DNA from: Fimbriimonadia bacterium | GTDB taxonomy: Bacteria; Armatimonadota; Fimbriimonadia; Fimbriimonadales; JABRVX01 | Assembly (NCBI GenBank): GCA_041483895.1 | Contig: JBGPGO010000017.1 | Coordinates: 13,808 to 77,807 of the forward strand | DNA: 64,000 nucleotides | Reading direction: 5' to 3' | Part shown: positions 39,466-48,529 of the stretch, piece after piece | Layout: each line of letters opens with the position of its first letter | How positions within the stretch are numbered: the stretch's first letter is position 1 | Program-made: the position numbers and the translations under genes | The notes under the pieces: generated by a model | What the model saw: only the letters and a program-made list of their open reading frames with translations | What the model was told of the DNA's origin: nothing | Databases searched by the model: none

Positions 39466-39502
39466 ATCGTCTACTAATCAGGCACATAGGGCGGAGGCGG
39501 CG

Positions 39503-39745
39503 ATGACATTCAGTTGCAGCGCGTGCGGGGCCGAGCATCTGGCGGCGGGAGAGCACTGCGAACCGTGCGACCGGTTTATTGGGGCGCTCGAAGGGCTGCT
39601 CGACCAATATGAGGACCCGCTGCCGGCGCTCAAACAGTTCTGCCAGGACGAATTCGATTGGGTGGTTTTCGACGGCGAAGAGGAGTACGAACAGGACTGC
39701 GTGGACCGCATGCGCGATCTGCGGGATGAGGGAATCGGCTTATGA
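39503..39745 (+). CDS. Small acidic CxxC...CxxC protein
   Basis: GGAGG RBS; CSAC/CEPC; ATGA overlap with the next gene. Confidence 0.6.
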   Translation: MTFSCSACGAEHLAAGEHCEPCDRFIGALEGLLDQYEDPLPALKQFCQDEFDWVVFDGEEEYEQDCVDRMRDLRDEGIGL

Positions 39746-40077
39746 GGCAGGCTGCGAAGCAGGGGGTGGATGGCGCCAAGACCAAGGCGGCTGGTCGGCG
39801 TCGTGTCGCGGCCAAGGCGGAGGAAACGCAGGCGCTCTCTTTGGAATCTGCATTCCTCCGAGTGTCTGAGCGGCGAGGAACGACCCCGAGTGAGCTGTTC
39901 ACGAGCGTGATTGACTCGGGGCTCGTCGCCCAGGCGGAAAACGGGCATGGCTGGGCGGTGAAGATGCTCCTGGATGGCCTGTGCGGCGACGGGGTCAGCG
40001 CGGATCCCGACCCACCACTCAGCCCGGCCGCGGGACTGCGGATCTACGAGATTGTGCGGGAAGAGAAAGGGGAATGA
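39742..40077 (+). CDS. Hypothetical protein, terminase small subunit by position
   Basis: Immediately upstream of and overlapping the large terminase; basic N-terminus; AENG-x-x-WAVKMLLD helix. Confidence 0.45.
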   Translation: MRQAAKQGVDGAKTKAAGRRRVAAKAEETQALSLESAFLRVSERRGTTPSELFTSVIDSGLVAQAENGHGWAVKMLLDGLCGDGVSADPDPPLSPAAGLRIYEIVREEKGE

Positions 40078-41543
40078 TAGGCCCCCACCCTAGCCCTCCC
40101 CCGCAAGCGGGGGAGGGGATTTCTTGTGACGGCCTCTCGTCGAGAGGTGGGTCGCGCAAGAAGGCTTTGGCATCCATGACAACGGTGGAAGCGACACGAT
40201 TGTCGGCTGCCAGCTCTCTTGCGGCCTACGCCGAAATCGTTCACGGCCTCTCGGCTGCGCCGCATCATCGCGAGTGGATCGAGGCGCTGGAAGATCCGGA
40301 TCGCAAACGGATTTTGATCACCGCGCCGCCGGGGCATGGTAAATCAACCTGGGTGGCCGTCATCTATCCGGCCTGGCGTCTCGCGAGGAATCCGGCGGAG
40401 CACATCGTGCTGACGTCCGTCACGGATAACCAGGCCGAGGACCGGGCGAGCGCCGTCGGCTCCGTTGTGCTGTCAAAAGAGTATCGCCGTCTATTTCCTC
40501 ATGTGCGGCAAGGCAAGAGATGGACGCGCGGGGATTGGGAGCTCGCGAGATCGCAGGTGGACGACAAAGACGCCACGATGTTCGCCTGCGGCGTGGGGAG
40601 CTCTTCGCTGATTGGCAGACGGGCGGATTGCATACTTATTGATGATCCGATGTCGGAAGAGACCGCGCGCAGCGCGATTGGCCGCGAGGCGCTTGCGACA
40701 TGGTTTCGCCGCACGCTGCTGACCCGCGCCGCGGGCGACGCGAAGATCGTCTGCATCATGACCCGATGGCATCAGGACGACTTGGCGCCGGTTCTGATCG
40801 AGGCCGGATTCGAACATATCCGAATGCCGGCGGAAGATTACTGGTCGCCGGGCGGGGCTCTATGGCCAGAACTGTACCCACCCGAATTTCTGCTCGAAAG
40901 AAAACGGGACATGGGGACTGCGCTATACAACTGCATGTATCTTGGCGACCCGTCGGGATTGGAAGGCAGGCTGTTCCGTCGAGAATGGTTTGAGATCGTG
41001 CGGGCCGCGCCGGCGATCACGCACGTTGTGAGCGGATGGGACCTCGCGGCCAGCACGCGAAACGAGTCGGATTATTCGGTGAAGACGACTCTCGGTCTCG
41101 GGATCGATGGGAGCGCCTATGTGCTCGGCGTTTGGCGAGAGCGGAGGGAGTTTCCTGTCATCCGCCGAGAGATTGCGTCACAGGGGGTTTTGGACTCCGT
41201 TGCCGCGGTCGGCATCGAAACCAACGCGTTTCAGTTGGCGGCGGTGCAGATGCTCAAAGAGGACCAACTGCCGTTTCCGATACTGCCAATCTCCGCCGAC
41301 AAAGACAAGGTGAGTCGCGCTTTGGAATGGATTGCCGCTGCGGAGGCGGGACGGATCAAACTGGTCTCCGGCGGATGGAATGACGCCTGGCTTTCGGAAA
41401 TAACCGGCTTTCCCGATTCGCCGCACGATGATCAGGTGGACAGTTTCGGCGTGGCATGGCGGGTTGCGAATCGATTCCGTGGAAGTCGGCGGGGACTGTT
41501 GGCGGGCGAAGAGCGGCTTGCGTCCGCATCGATGGATTGGTAA
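40074..41543 (+). CDS. Phage terminase large subunit (Terminase_6/6C-like); alternative start 40176
   Basis: Walker A APPGHGKST, ILIDDP, TRWHQDDL, LWPE, GWDLA, SDYS, FP-x-x-x-HDDQVDS nuclease motif. Confidence 0.93.
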   Translation: MIGPHPSPPPQAGEGISCDGLSSRGGSRKKALASMTTVEATRLSAASSLAAYAEIVHGLSAAPHHREWIEALEDPDRKRILITAPPGHGKSTWVAVIYPAWRLARNPAEHIVLTSVTDNQAEDRASAVGSVVLSKEYRRLFPHVRQGKRWTRGDWELARSQVDDKDATMFACGVGSSSLIGRRADCILIDDPMSEETARSAIGREALATWFRRTLLTRAAGDAKIVCIMTRWHQDDLAPVLIEAGFEHIRMPAEDYWSPGGALWPELYPPEFLLERKRDMGTALYNCMYLGDPSGLEGRLFRREWFEIVRAAPAITHVVSGWDLAASTRNESDYSVKTTLGLGIDGSAYVLGVWRERREFPVIRREIASQGVLDSVAAVGIETNAFQLAAVQMLKEDQLPFPILPISADKDKVSRALEWIAAAEAGRIKLVSGGWNDAWLSEITGFPDSPHDDQVDSFGVAWRVANRFRGSRRGLLAGEERLASASMDW

Positions 41544-41552
41544 GGGGGAATT

Positions 41553-42758
41553 ATGGCTGGGAATGGTGGGTTGTTCAAAGAGCGGGCGCCGTCGTTTTCG
41601 AGCGGAGTCTTGGCATCCGCCCGGTATCCGATCGGCAGCGGTGGGGAGCCGATTGTCGGCTATGATGAACTGCGCCGGCGATGGTCGGTGTTGCGCAAAA
41701 TCGAACGGGATCCGGTGGTTTCCGCCGCGCTGGCGTTTAAGAAATGGCTGCCGGTAGGGGACGGTTGGCGGGTCTATTCGGCGGACGACAGTCCGGAGGC
41801 CGTCAAACAGGCGGAATTCGTCCGGTGGTGCTTCGCGCAGATGGAGGGGACGGTCGAGGAGCTGATCTCGAATGTGCTCGATGCCGTTGCGGTGGGCTTT
41901 AGCGTTGTGGAAAAGGTGTACCGGATCGTCGACCGGGGAGAATACGCGGGTTTTCTCGCGCCGGTCCGGTTCGTTCCGAAAGACCCTTCCACAATCGGAT
42001 TCGAGCTGGGCGCCAGCGGGCAAGTGGAAGCGATCACATTTACGGTTCCGGGTAGAGCGAATGCCGAGCCTCTGCCGCCCGAAAAGTTCATTCATTTTGT
42101 GTACGAAGGAAAATATCGAAGTCCGTACGGATGCGGCGATCTGGTGAAAGCCTACCGCTCGTGGTGGTCGAAGGACAATGCGCTACGCTGGTGGGCGATG
42201 TTCGTCGAAAAGTATGGCGTTGTTCCCCGAATCGGAAAATATGAAGACGGCGCAAGCCAGGAGTTTCAGCAAGAGCTGCTGGACCAACTGAAGGTCTCCG
42301 CGGCGAACACGGAATTTGTCGTGCCCAAGTCAGTCGAGCTGGAGCTTTTGCAGCCGGACGGAGATGGCCAGGCATTCGAGCGTTTTGTAACATATCACGA
42401 CAAAGAGCTTGCCAAAGCGATTCTGGGAAACACGCTTCTCGTGGATGAGGGACAGCGGGTTGGCAGCATGGCGCTCGGGAAAGTGCACTTGGAGGTGCTC
42501 CGGGCGCAATTGCGAAAACTGAAGCGCATATTGGAAGACCGGGTTATGGGCGAACAGATCATTCGCCAGATTATCGATATCAATTACACCGCAACCGACC
42601 GATATCCCAGATTCGTGCTGCCGGATGCCCGCAAAGAGGAGCTGACGGAGCTGGCGAAAGCCATCGCGCTGATGGTAGACAAAGGAATAGTAGAACCGAC
42701 CGAACCCTGGGTGCGGGAATGTCTCGGATTTCCCAAGCAGGAGGAGTATGCATCCTAA
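41553..42758 (+). CDS. Portal protein, DUF935 / Mu gp29-like
   Basis: LDAVAVGFSVVE, PYG-x-G, W-x-x-FVEKYG-x-x-PRIGKY, KAILGNTL, GSMALGKVH. Confidence 0.88.
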   Translation: MAGNGGLFKERAPSFSSGVLASARYPIGSGGEPIVGYDELRRRWSVLRKIERDPVVSAALAFKKWLPVGDGWRVYSADDSPEAVKQAEFVRWCFAQMEGTVEELISNVLDAVAVGFSVVEKVYRIVDRGEYAGFLAPVRFVPKDPSTIGFELGASGQVEAITFTVPGRANAEPLPPEKFIHFVYEGKYRSPYGCGDLVKAYRSWWSKDNALRWWAMFVEKYGVVPRIGKYEDGASQEFQQELLDQLKVSAANTEFVVPKSVELELLQPDGDGQAFERFVTYHDKELAKAILGNTLLVDEGQRVGSMALGKVHLEVLRAQLRKLKRILEDRVMGEQIIRQIIDINYTATDRYPRFVLPDARKEELTELAKAIALMVDKGIVEPTEPWVRECLGFPKQEEYAS

Positions 42759-42978
42759 CATGACACGTCTGCAGAACGCCATCGAAATGATTCGTTTCGG
42801 CAAAATCACGGAGATACACATCGCCGACGGAATACCGCTGCGATTCAGAGTTGAACAGATGATTGATCTGAGCCGTGACGAATCGGTTGCCGCGCTGGAT
42901 CAAGACGGTATCGTGCCCAAGAGAAAAGCCGGTCCGCAATTGGACCGGCTGACTCGTAAAGCAAGATTAGCAGGTTAA
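42748..42978 (+). CDS. Small protein, DUF2292/YezD-like
   Basis: IRFGKIT-x-IHIADG-x-P-x-x-x-x-VEQ pattern; overlaps the portal stop; GGAGGAG RBS. Confidence 0.5.
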   Translation: MHPNMTRLQNAIEMIRFGKITEIHIADGIPLRFRVEQMIDLSRDESVAALDQDGIVPKRKAGPQLDRLTRKARLAG

Positions 42979-43457
42979 TTCTTGCAAAGGATCTTGATGT
43001 TGCCACTGGCCACATACCCGACACGCAGATGATAGAGCGTACCGTGTGCGACATCGCCGACAACCAATGCAATCAGATCGATGCTAAAAATGTTGTCGGT
43101 GATAACGGCTGCCATCTGAGCAGGCTTGCCATTGTAGATCACCTCGGCGACGAATGCGGCGGCGGCAAAGTTCCACGCCTGGGCGCAAACGAACTTGCCG
43201 AACCGAGTGACCCGCACGTCTATGCGGACAGGGCTAAGTGTCGCCGCGCGCATTTTACCAGCGACCGGCCAGAATTCCACATAGTGGAAACGGCCAAAGC
43301 CAATGCCATTATTTACGCCGGCAACCCAAAAATCGGCAGCCGCCTGTTTGCCGTCGGAAGTCCAGATGCCTGGCGACCCATAGGCAATCATGCTATCGGC
43401 AAACGCAGCGCCAACTGCCGAAACGGCTACAACGGCAGCGATCAAAGTTCTTTTCAT
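42975..43457 (-). CDS. Secreted hypothetical protein on the opposite strand inside the cluster
   Basis: AAGGAG RBS; signal peptide MKRTLIAAVVAVSAVGAAFA; C-terminal GNIKI. Confidence 0.7.
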   Translation of the reverse strand: MKRTLIAAVVAVSAVGAAFADSMIAYGSPGIWTSDGKQAAADFWVAGVNNGIGFGRFHYVEFWPVAGKMRAATLSPVRIDVRVTRFGKFVCAQAWNFAAAAFVAEVIYNGKPAQMAAVITDNIFSIDLIALVVGDVAHGTLYHLRVGYVASGNIKILCKN

Positions 43458-43717
43458 TATGATTCTCTCCTTCATGAATGAGATGGCCAAATGGCCACGA
43501 GCGGTTCGCGCAATCAACGCGTAATCCTAATAGTAACACAGTAGTACTTCTCGGTCAAGTTTTGCCAGGTGAGTTTTGTACATAATGGTAGTAGTACTTG
43601 TGGTAGTAGTACTGATAGTTGTTTTGACAGGAAGATCATGATCTGGCTTGCTTTACCAGATTTTCGGTGACTGTCCTTGGAGCGGGTCGGGACCAAAGTC
43701 CTAAAGTTTCATTCTAC

Positions 43718-43738
43718 TAGACGCACGTCTGGTATACT
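43718..43738 (+). promoter_or_regulatory. Extended -10 promoter with an adjacent palindrome
   Basis: TG-G-TATACT at 43730-43738; AGACG-CA-CGTCT palindrome at 43719-43730. Confidence 0.5.
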
Positions 43739-43830
43739 GTTGTCAATAGGAACGCGGGATGGCTTCGGTTCGGCGGTAGACGTGTAGCGAAGCGGAAGAA
43801 GCGATTGGCAAAAGGCTGGCCCGACAAACG

Positions 43831-43876
43831 GGAGGTCTTCGGCGAGATTGGGCGCCGAGGGCCTCCTTATTTTTTT
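43831..43876 (+). terminator. Intrinsic terminator in the leader of the protease-capsid-tail operon
   Basis: GGAGGTCTTCGGCG-N8-CGCCGAGGGCCTCC followed by TTATTTTTTT, ending 14 nt before the ATG. Confidence 0.8.
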
Positions 43877-43890
43877 GAAGGCGGGGTGGA

Positions 43891-44853
43891 ATGCGAGAAG
43901 TGATTAAACACGCAAAGCTGTTTGAGGCGGGAGTCTATGAGGACAAAGGGCTCGAAATGACGGAAGAGGACATTGACGAATTGATCGAGGCATCGGGCCC
44001 AGTGCCGCTTACGATCGGGCATTTGGATCCGGAAACGGAGAACCCGCTGCGACTCGGTGTTGTGAGCGGCCTGTATCGGAAAGGCAAAGAGCTGTTTGGC
44101 GTGATCCGATTTGTGCCGGAAGCATGGGCGCTTGCGGTCAAGTCCGGCGCCCGTTGGCTGTCGATCTGCCTCGACATGCTGCGAAAGCGGCTAGTGGAGG
44201 TTTCGCTCGTTACGAATCCACGAGTCAGCGACGCGAAGGTGAAATTCGACTCGTCGGAACCGATCGAATTCACCGTTCCCTTTGACACGACGCTCGATGA
44301 TCGCGCGTCCGTGGTGCGTCAATCGATTTACGATGCGTATGGTCCCGACGTGTGGGTTTCGGAAGTGTACGATGACAGTGCGATTGTTGAACGGGGCGGC
44401 GAGCTTTGGAAAGTTCCTTATCAGTTGAATGCGGACAATGTGGCTGTTCTTTCGAATCCGATACCTGTAGAACGCCAGTATGTCCCGACGAAATTCAACG
44501 CCCAGGTCGTAGAGGCTTTGGGCCGGGAACGCGAGGCCTTTCGGCGAGTGCGACGCGATCGGATGGAAGAAACAATACTGCAGTGGAAGCGTGACGGCAA
44601 GCTGCTGCCCGCCGGCGAGAAGACGGCGCGAAGGATCTTGTTCGGTCCCGCGGATGGCGCGGAGCTGTTTCAAAAGTTCCTAGATGATCAACCGGCGGGT
44701 CTTCTGTTGCGAGAGGTCGTTCCGTTTCATGGGGAGTCGCTCGACGGCCTCCCCGAACTGGATGCCTCGGAGGCCTCGTTCTGTGACCGATCGGGGATTC
44801 CTCTGGACGAGTACCGGCGCATGAAGGCGGGACCGCCAAAGAGAAGGCGCTGA
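43891..44853 (+). CDS. Prohead protease/scaffold (Mu gpI-like)
   Basis: P-x-x-IGH, G-x-V-x-x-L-x-x-x-G-x-x-L, WLS, EVSLVTNP; C-terminal GKLLPA scaffold motif. Confidence 0.78.
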   Translation: MREVIKHAKLFEAGVYEDKGLEMTEEDIDELIEASGPVPLTIGHLDPETENPLRLGVVSGLYRKGKELFGVIRFVPEAWALAVKSGARWLSICLDMLRKRLVEVSLVTNPRVSDAKVKFDSSEPIEFTVPFDTTLDDRASVVRQSIYDAYGPDVWVSEVYDDSAIVERGGELWKVPYQLNADNVAVLSNPIPVERQYVPTKFNAQVVEALGREREAFRRVRRDRMEETILQWKRDGKLLPAGEKTARRILFGPADGAELFQKFLDDQPAGLLLREVVPFHGESLDGLPELDASEASFCDRSGIPLDEYRRMKAGPPKRRR

Positions 44854-44919
44854 AATCACGCGTCTTCGGCTCTGACGAATGAGAAGTCAACTTGAAGGTA
44901 GTTTCAGGAGGTGTGATCG

Positions 44920-45354
44920 TTGGCTGCATTGACAGCAGATTTGAATCATCCCATAAAGGATGGCGTGATCGTGAGCCAAAAGATGGCTGCGGTCAAGATT
45001 TACAAAGGCGCAATGGTGGGTATGGCGGATGAAACCACCGCAGGCGTACCTGACACAGGATACGTGACAAACCTGGCGACCGGCACAACCAACGCGATGA
45101 TATTTGTTGGTGTGGCGGAAGAGATGGTGGACAACTCCGGCGGCTCCGCCGGCGCGAAATCGATCAAAGTACGTCGGACCGGGAGATTCGTCTTTCCGAA
45201 AACCTCCGCGGTACAGGCGGACGTGAGTCGGGAGTTCTACGCGTCCTCGAATCAGGACCTAACAACAACGGCAACCAAGAATGCGAAGGTTGGCAAATGC
45301 ACGGCATTGATCGACAGCAGCCACCTCGAAATCGCCATCAGCAACTACGCCTAA
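44920..45354 (+). CDS. Capsid decoration/cement-like protein
   Basis: IYKGAMV, FVGVAEE-x-VDNSGGSAG, VRR-x-G-x-F; located between protease and capsid; GGAGG RBS. Confidence 0.7.
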   Translation: MAALTADLNHPIKDGVIVSQKMAAVKIYKGAMVGMADETTAGVPDTGYVTNLATGTTNAMIFVGVAEEMVDNSGGSAGAKSIKVRRTGRFVFPKTSAVQADVSREFYASSNQDLTTTATKNAKVGKCTALIDSSHLEIAISNYA

Positions 45355-45372
45355 GGAAAGGGGGACAGATTA

Positions 45373-46338
45373 ATGCCTGTTGCAAATTCAGACGTCACTG
45401 ACTTCATCGGTCCGGTCCTTCGGAACGATTTTTATGAAGCGTACTATCAAGCGCTCGACGGAGCGGATCAGCGCGGAGTTGACCTGCTCTCTTCGACCAT
45501 CGCGGTGTCCGGAAATACGGCAAAGTTTCCCTTTGCCGGCGATATTCCGCAGATGAGCCGATGGTCGGACGAGCGCGCCTACGACGCCTTCAGCACGTAC
45601 AGCTATTCCGTGACTCTCGGGGATCCGTGGGAGGAGACCGTTGCCATAAAGCGGACGGCGCTGCGCGATGATTTGACCGGCCAGCTCCGCCAGCGAGCGC
45701 GGGATCTCGGCGCGGTGGCGATCTCGAATCGCCTCAAGCAGATCATCAGTTCGCTGGAGACCGGAATTTCAAACAAGTGCTACGACAGCCAAAACTTCTT
45801 TGCGACCAGCCATCCGGCAAGGTCTACGGACGGAACAAGCACCACCTATGGCAACTCCGGAACGTCCGCCCTGGATGCGGCGAGTTTGCAGGATACGGTG
45901 CAAACGATGCGGCTATTCACGTCGGATCAGGGCCATCCGTTGGGCATCACGCCATCACACCTTTTGGTCGGTCCCAACCTGGAATGGCGGGCACGGCAAC
46001 TCCTCGAATCGCCCGTCGTGATTGTCAACGTGGGGGACTCAGCGGTCGGTTCCGGCGCAACGGCGGCGACGCCCTATAAGAACGTTCTCGTCAGCACCCT
46101 GGAGCTGATCGTCAGTCCTTGGATCGGCAACTTCCATTGGTACGTGATGGACCTGATGAAGCCCATCAAGCCCGTGGTGTTGGTTACCGAGATGGGCGAG
46201 CTTATCGAGTTCCAGTACCTGGAAGAAGGCAGCGAGCATTCGTTCAAGCGGGACGAGTTCGTGTTCGGCGTACGCGATCGTTTCGAGATAGGGTACGGCC
46301 TGTGGCAGGTCGCGTACTATCAGGGAGGCACGGCCTAG
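45373..46338 (+). CDS. Major capsid protein, Mu gpT-like
   Basis: P-x-M-x-x-W-x-x-ER, E-x-TVAIKR-x-x-L-x-DD, CYD-x-QNFFA-x-x-HP, LGI-x-P-x-x-L-x-V-x-P, IGYGLWQ. Confidence 0.9.
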   Translation: MPVANSDVTDFIGPVLRNDFYEAYYQALDGADQRGVDLLSSTIAVSGNTAKFPFAGDIPQMSRWSDERAYDAFSTYSYSVTLGDPWEETVAIKRTALRDDLTGQLRQRARDLGAVAISNRLKQIISSLETGISNKCYDSQNFFATSHPARSTDGTSTTYGNSGTSALDAASLQDTVQTMRLFTSDQGHPLGITPSHLLVGPNLEWRARQLLESPVVIVNVGDSAVGSGATAATPYKNVLVSTLELIVSPWIGNFHWYVMDLMKPIKPVVLVTEMGELIEFQYLEEGSEHSFKRDEFVFGVRDRFEIGYGLWQVAYYQGGTA

Positions 46339-46339
46339 C

Positions 46340-46597
46340 ATGGATTGGCTGCAACTGGCTGGTCTTTTGAGTCTTGGAGGGGTGGTCGGCGCAATCGTTG
46401 CGCTGGCCTCCGCCGGGGCCCGTCTGAAGACCGATTGGGAGACACTGCGCGATTCGCTGGTCCCGTATTTGACACAGCGAAACGCCGCCGGCGATATCGA
46501 TGCGGAGTTCCTTCTTTCCGCCATCGGTCCGGTGGATGCGGATATGAAGGCGTCGGCACAAGCATTGCGATCTGTGCAACAGAGAATCCGGCGGTGA
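46340..46597 (+). CDS. Small protein with an N-terminal TM helix
   Basis: GGAGG RBS; hydrophobic N-terminus; GTGA overlap with the next gene. Confidence 0.6.
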   Translation: MDWLQLAGLLSLGGVVGAIVALASAGARLKTDWETLRDSLVPYLTQRNAAGDIDAEFLLSAIGPVDADMKASAQALRSVQQRIRR

Positions 46598-47052
46598 GCA
46601 TTTCGATCCCCGTCGCGGAGATGAAAAGCGCTATCGAAGGATTCATCGCGCTGGCTTGGACCGACGTGACAAGTCCCATCAAATACGAGCGACAGGCGGA
46701 CAGGATTCTTTTGGACAAGGCGGTGACGCCGAACGCGGCGGTCGTCTGGAGAGATCCGGAATCCCAACCGCCGTGGTCGCCGGAGATCGGCACCTACCTG
46801 TTCCCAATCGACGTGTACTACCTGGTTCAGTCGGAGACCCCTGGGCAGTTGGAGTCGACGGTGCAGGGCAAGGCCCGGGATTTTTTGAACCAAGCAATTG
46901 CGGCGAGGAATCGGTGGGCCGGCGTACCGGAAATGCACAGCTGGAGATTGGTAGGCAGTGAAACAGAACACAAGCGCGCGGACGCCTGGCGTGCATCCGG
47001 ATGGGCAAGCGCCCGGATCGCGCTGGAGGTCCAACTCGACTATGAAAAGTGA
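46594..47052 (+). CDS. Hypothetical virion protein (tail completion/terminator-like by size and position)
   Basis: Translationally coupled GTG; about 150 aa with alternating beta pattern at the C-terminus. Confidence 0.5.
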   Translation: MSISIPVAEMKSAIEGFIALAWTDVTSPIKYERQADRILLDKAVTPNAAVVWRDPESQPPWSPEIGTYLFPIDVYYLVQSETPGQLESTVQGKARDFLNQAIAARNRWAGVPEMHSWRLVGSETEHKRADAWRASGWASARIALEVQLDYEK

Positions 47053-47281
47053 TGGCCGTGAAGGGGTCACCCTGTCCTGGCTGCAGTTCGGTATCGGCGT
47101 AATGGGTCTGTTCGTTACGATGTTCAGTGGTTGGCATTCGATCGTAACGCAGTTGGAAATCAACACCGCGGTGCAGCAGCAGGATCTGTCGGAAGTAAAG
47201 ACCGCTGTGAAGGAACAATAGTCTGTGTTGACCGATTTGCGCGATCGAGTCGTGCGGATGGAAGAGAGGTCCAAGCGATGA
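47042..47281 (+). pseudogene. TM + coiled-coil protein (holin-like?) with an in-frame TAG at 47219-47221
   Basis: Read-through gives ...KEQ*SVLTDLRDRVVRMEERSKR, ending in an ATGA overlap with the next gene. Confidence 0.65.
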
Positions 47282-47691
47282 GCTACTTTGCCGATGCGGA
47301 TTTGACGGAGCGGATTCGTGGGACGAACGTGACGCCGACCTCCGGGGAGATTAGCGCGGCGCGGGCGTTTGCGGAGGGGTATGTGGATGCGGCGCTGACA
47401 CCGAAATACAAGTGCCCCTTCAACCCTGTGCCGGACCTTGTCAAGTTCATCGCGCTGGACATAGCGGCTTACGACGTTCTGTGCAAGCATTTTTCGATCG
47501 AGGACCCGAACGTCGGGGATCTGATCCAACAGTTTTGGTCCCGGGCCCACGAGACGATCGCGCGGCTGCAGGCTGGCACTTTCAACTTGCATGACAACGC
47601 GATCGTTGACGAGGCCGCGGAAAAACAGATCATGGCTTCTAAGACGACCGACCAGATTGTGGTAACCGACGAGGCGCTCACGGACTGGTAA
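47278..47691 (+). CDS. Head-tail adaptor, Mu gp36/DUF1320-like
   Basis: MSY-x-x-x-x-DL, VD-x-x-L-x-x-x-Y-x-x-P-x-x-PVP, DIAAY. Confidence 0.8.
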   Translation: MSYFADADLTERIRGTNVTPTSGEISAARAFAEGYVDAALTPKYKCPFNPVPDLVKFIALDIAAYDVLCKHFSIEDPNVGDLIQQFWSRAHETIARLQAGTFNLHDNAIVDEAAEKQIMASKTTDQIVVTDEALTDW

Positions 47692-47703
47692 GGGGAGGAA
47701 TGG

Positions 47704-48123
47704 ATGGCGCAACGACTGATCGCGGAAGACGCGACGATAACGATTACGCCGGGTGGTCCGGATGATGGGAGCTTTACCGCCGGCACGCCGGTTACGCTGA
47801 AGTTCCGGCAGGCCCGGTTTATCTTTGACAACGAACTGGTGGATGTGACGGCGGCCGGGGATCAATACCTGTTCCACCGGATTGCGCACAAGGATTTCAC
47901 TGTTGTGTGCGAGGGATTGGTGCATACGACGAACACCAACTATCCGGACATGACCTACCTTGCTTTCGGCAACGACCTCGCGCGGCTGACATGCACGCTG
48001 ATCGGGTCCGGCAAAGTGGTTACGATAGACGGGATGGTTCAGAAGCTGTAGCTCAATGTTGATGAGCCGAACACGGAGAGCATCACGCTGAAGCCATACG
48101 GCATCGCGCCGTCGCTGGCGTAA
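47704..48123 (+). pseudogene. Probable tail tube protein with an in-frame TAG at 48049-48051
   Basis: GGAGG RBS; VDVT-x-x-GD motif; read-through QKL*LNVDEPNTESITLKPYGIAPSLA ends in a TAATG overlap. Confidence 0.6.
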
Positions 48124-48529
48124 TGGCAATTGAGGTCCAACGGATCGATGATCTGAGAACATTGATCCAGGTAGCCGCCAATCAGCGCGAGGCGCGTTCT
48201 TTGGCGGTGCACTTCAGTGGACTGTACGGCTTCGAAGTAACGCCGGAAGATGTGAAAGTGGCATCTGTGATCGCGGGGTGCTCCGGGAAATCGCTTGAGG
48301 AGATCGTGCAGCTATCTCGGACGGAGGGCCCGTTGTTGGTGGAGACGCTGCGCAAGTGCAATGAACTGAACGGGTGGGAGAGTGGCGGAGGCCCTTTTGG
48401 GAGTGCCGGTGGTGGGACCGGCTCCTCCGCGCCTCGCTAGCCGGGTTGGGACGCCACCCGTTCGAACTGGCCCACCCCGGCTCGGCGTTGCCCCGGTGGG
48501 CGTTGGAGGAGGTGATGGATGGTCATTGA
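48123..48529 (+). CDS. Tail assembly chaperone pair (G/GT-like): short form ends 48440, -1 frameshift form ends 48529
   Basis: Canonical slippery heptamer C CCT TTT at 48392-48398; -1 frame is open (WECRWWDRLLRASLAGLGRHPFEL...) up to the next gene. Confidence 0.7.

Noticed and set aside
46039..48162. 707 aa minus-strand ORF
   Set aside because: Antisense shadow of coupled plus-strand structural genes; no motifs.
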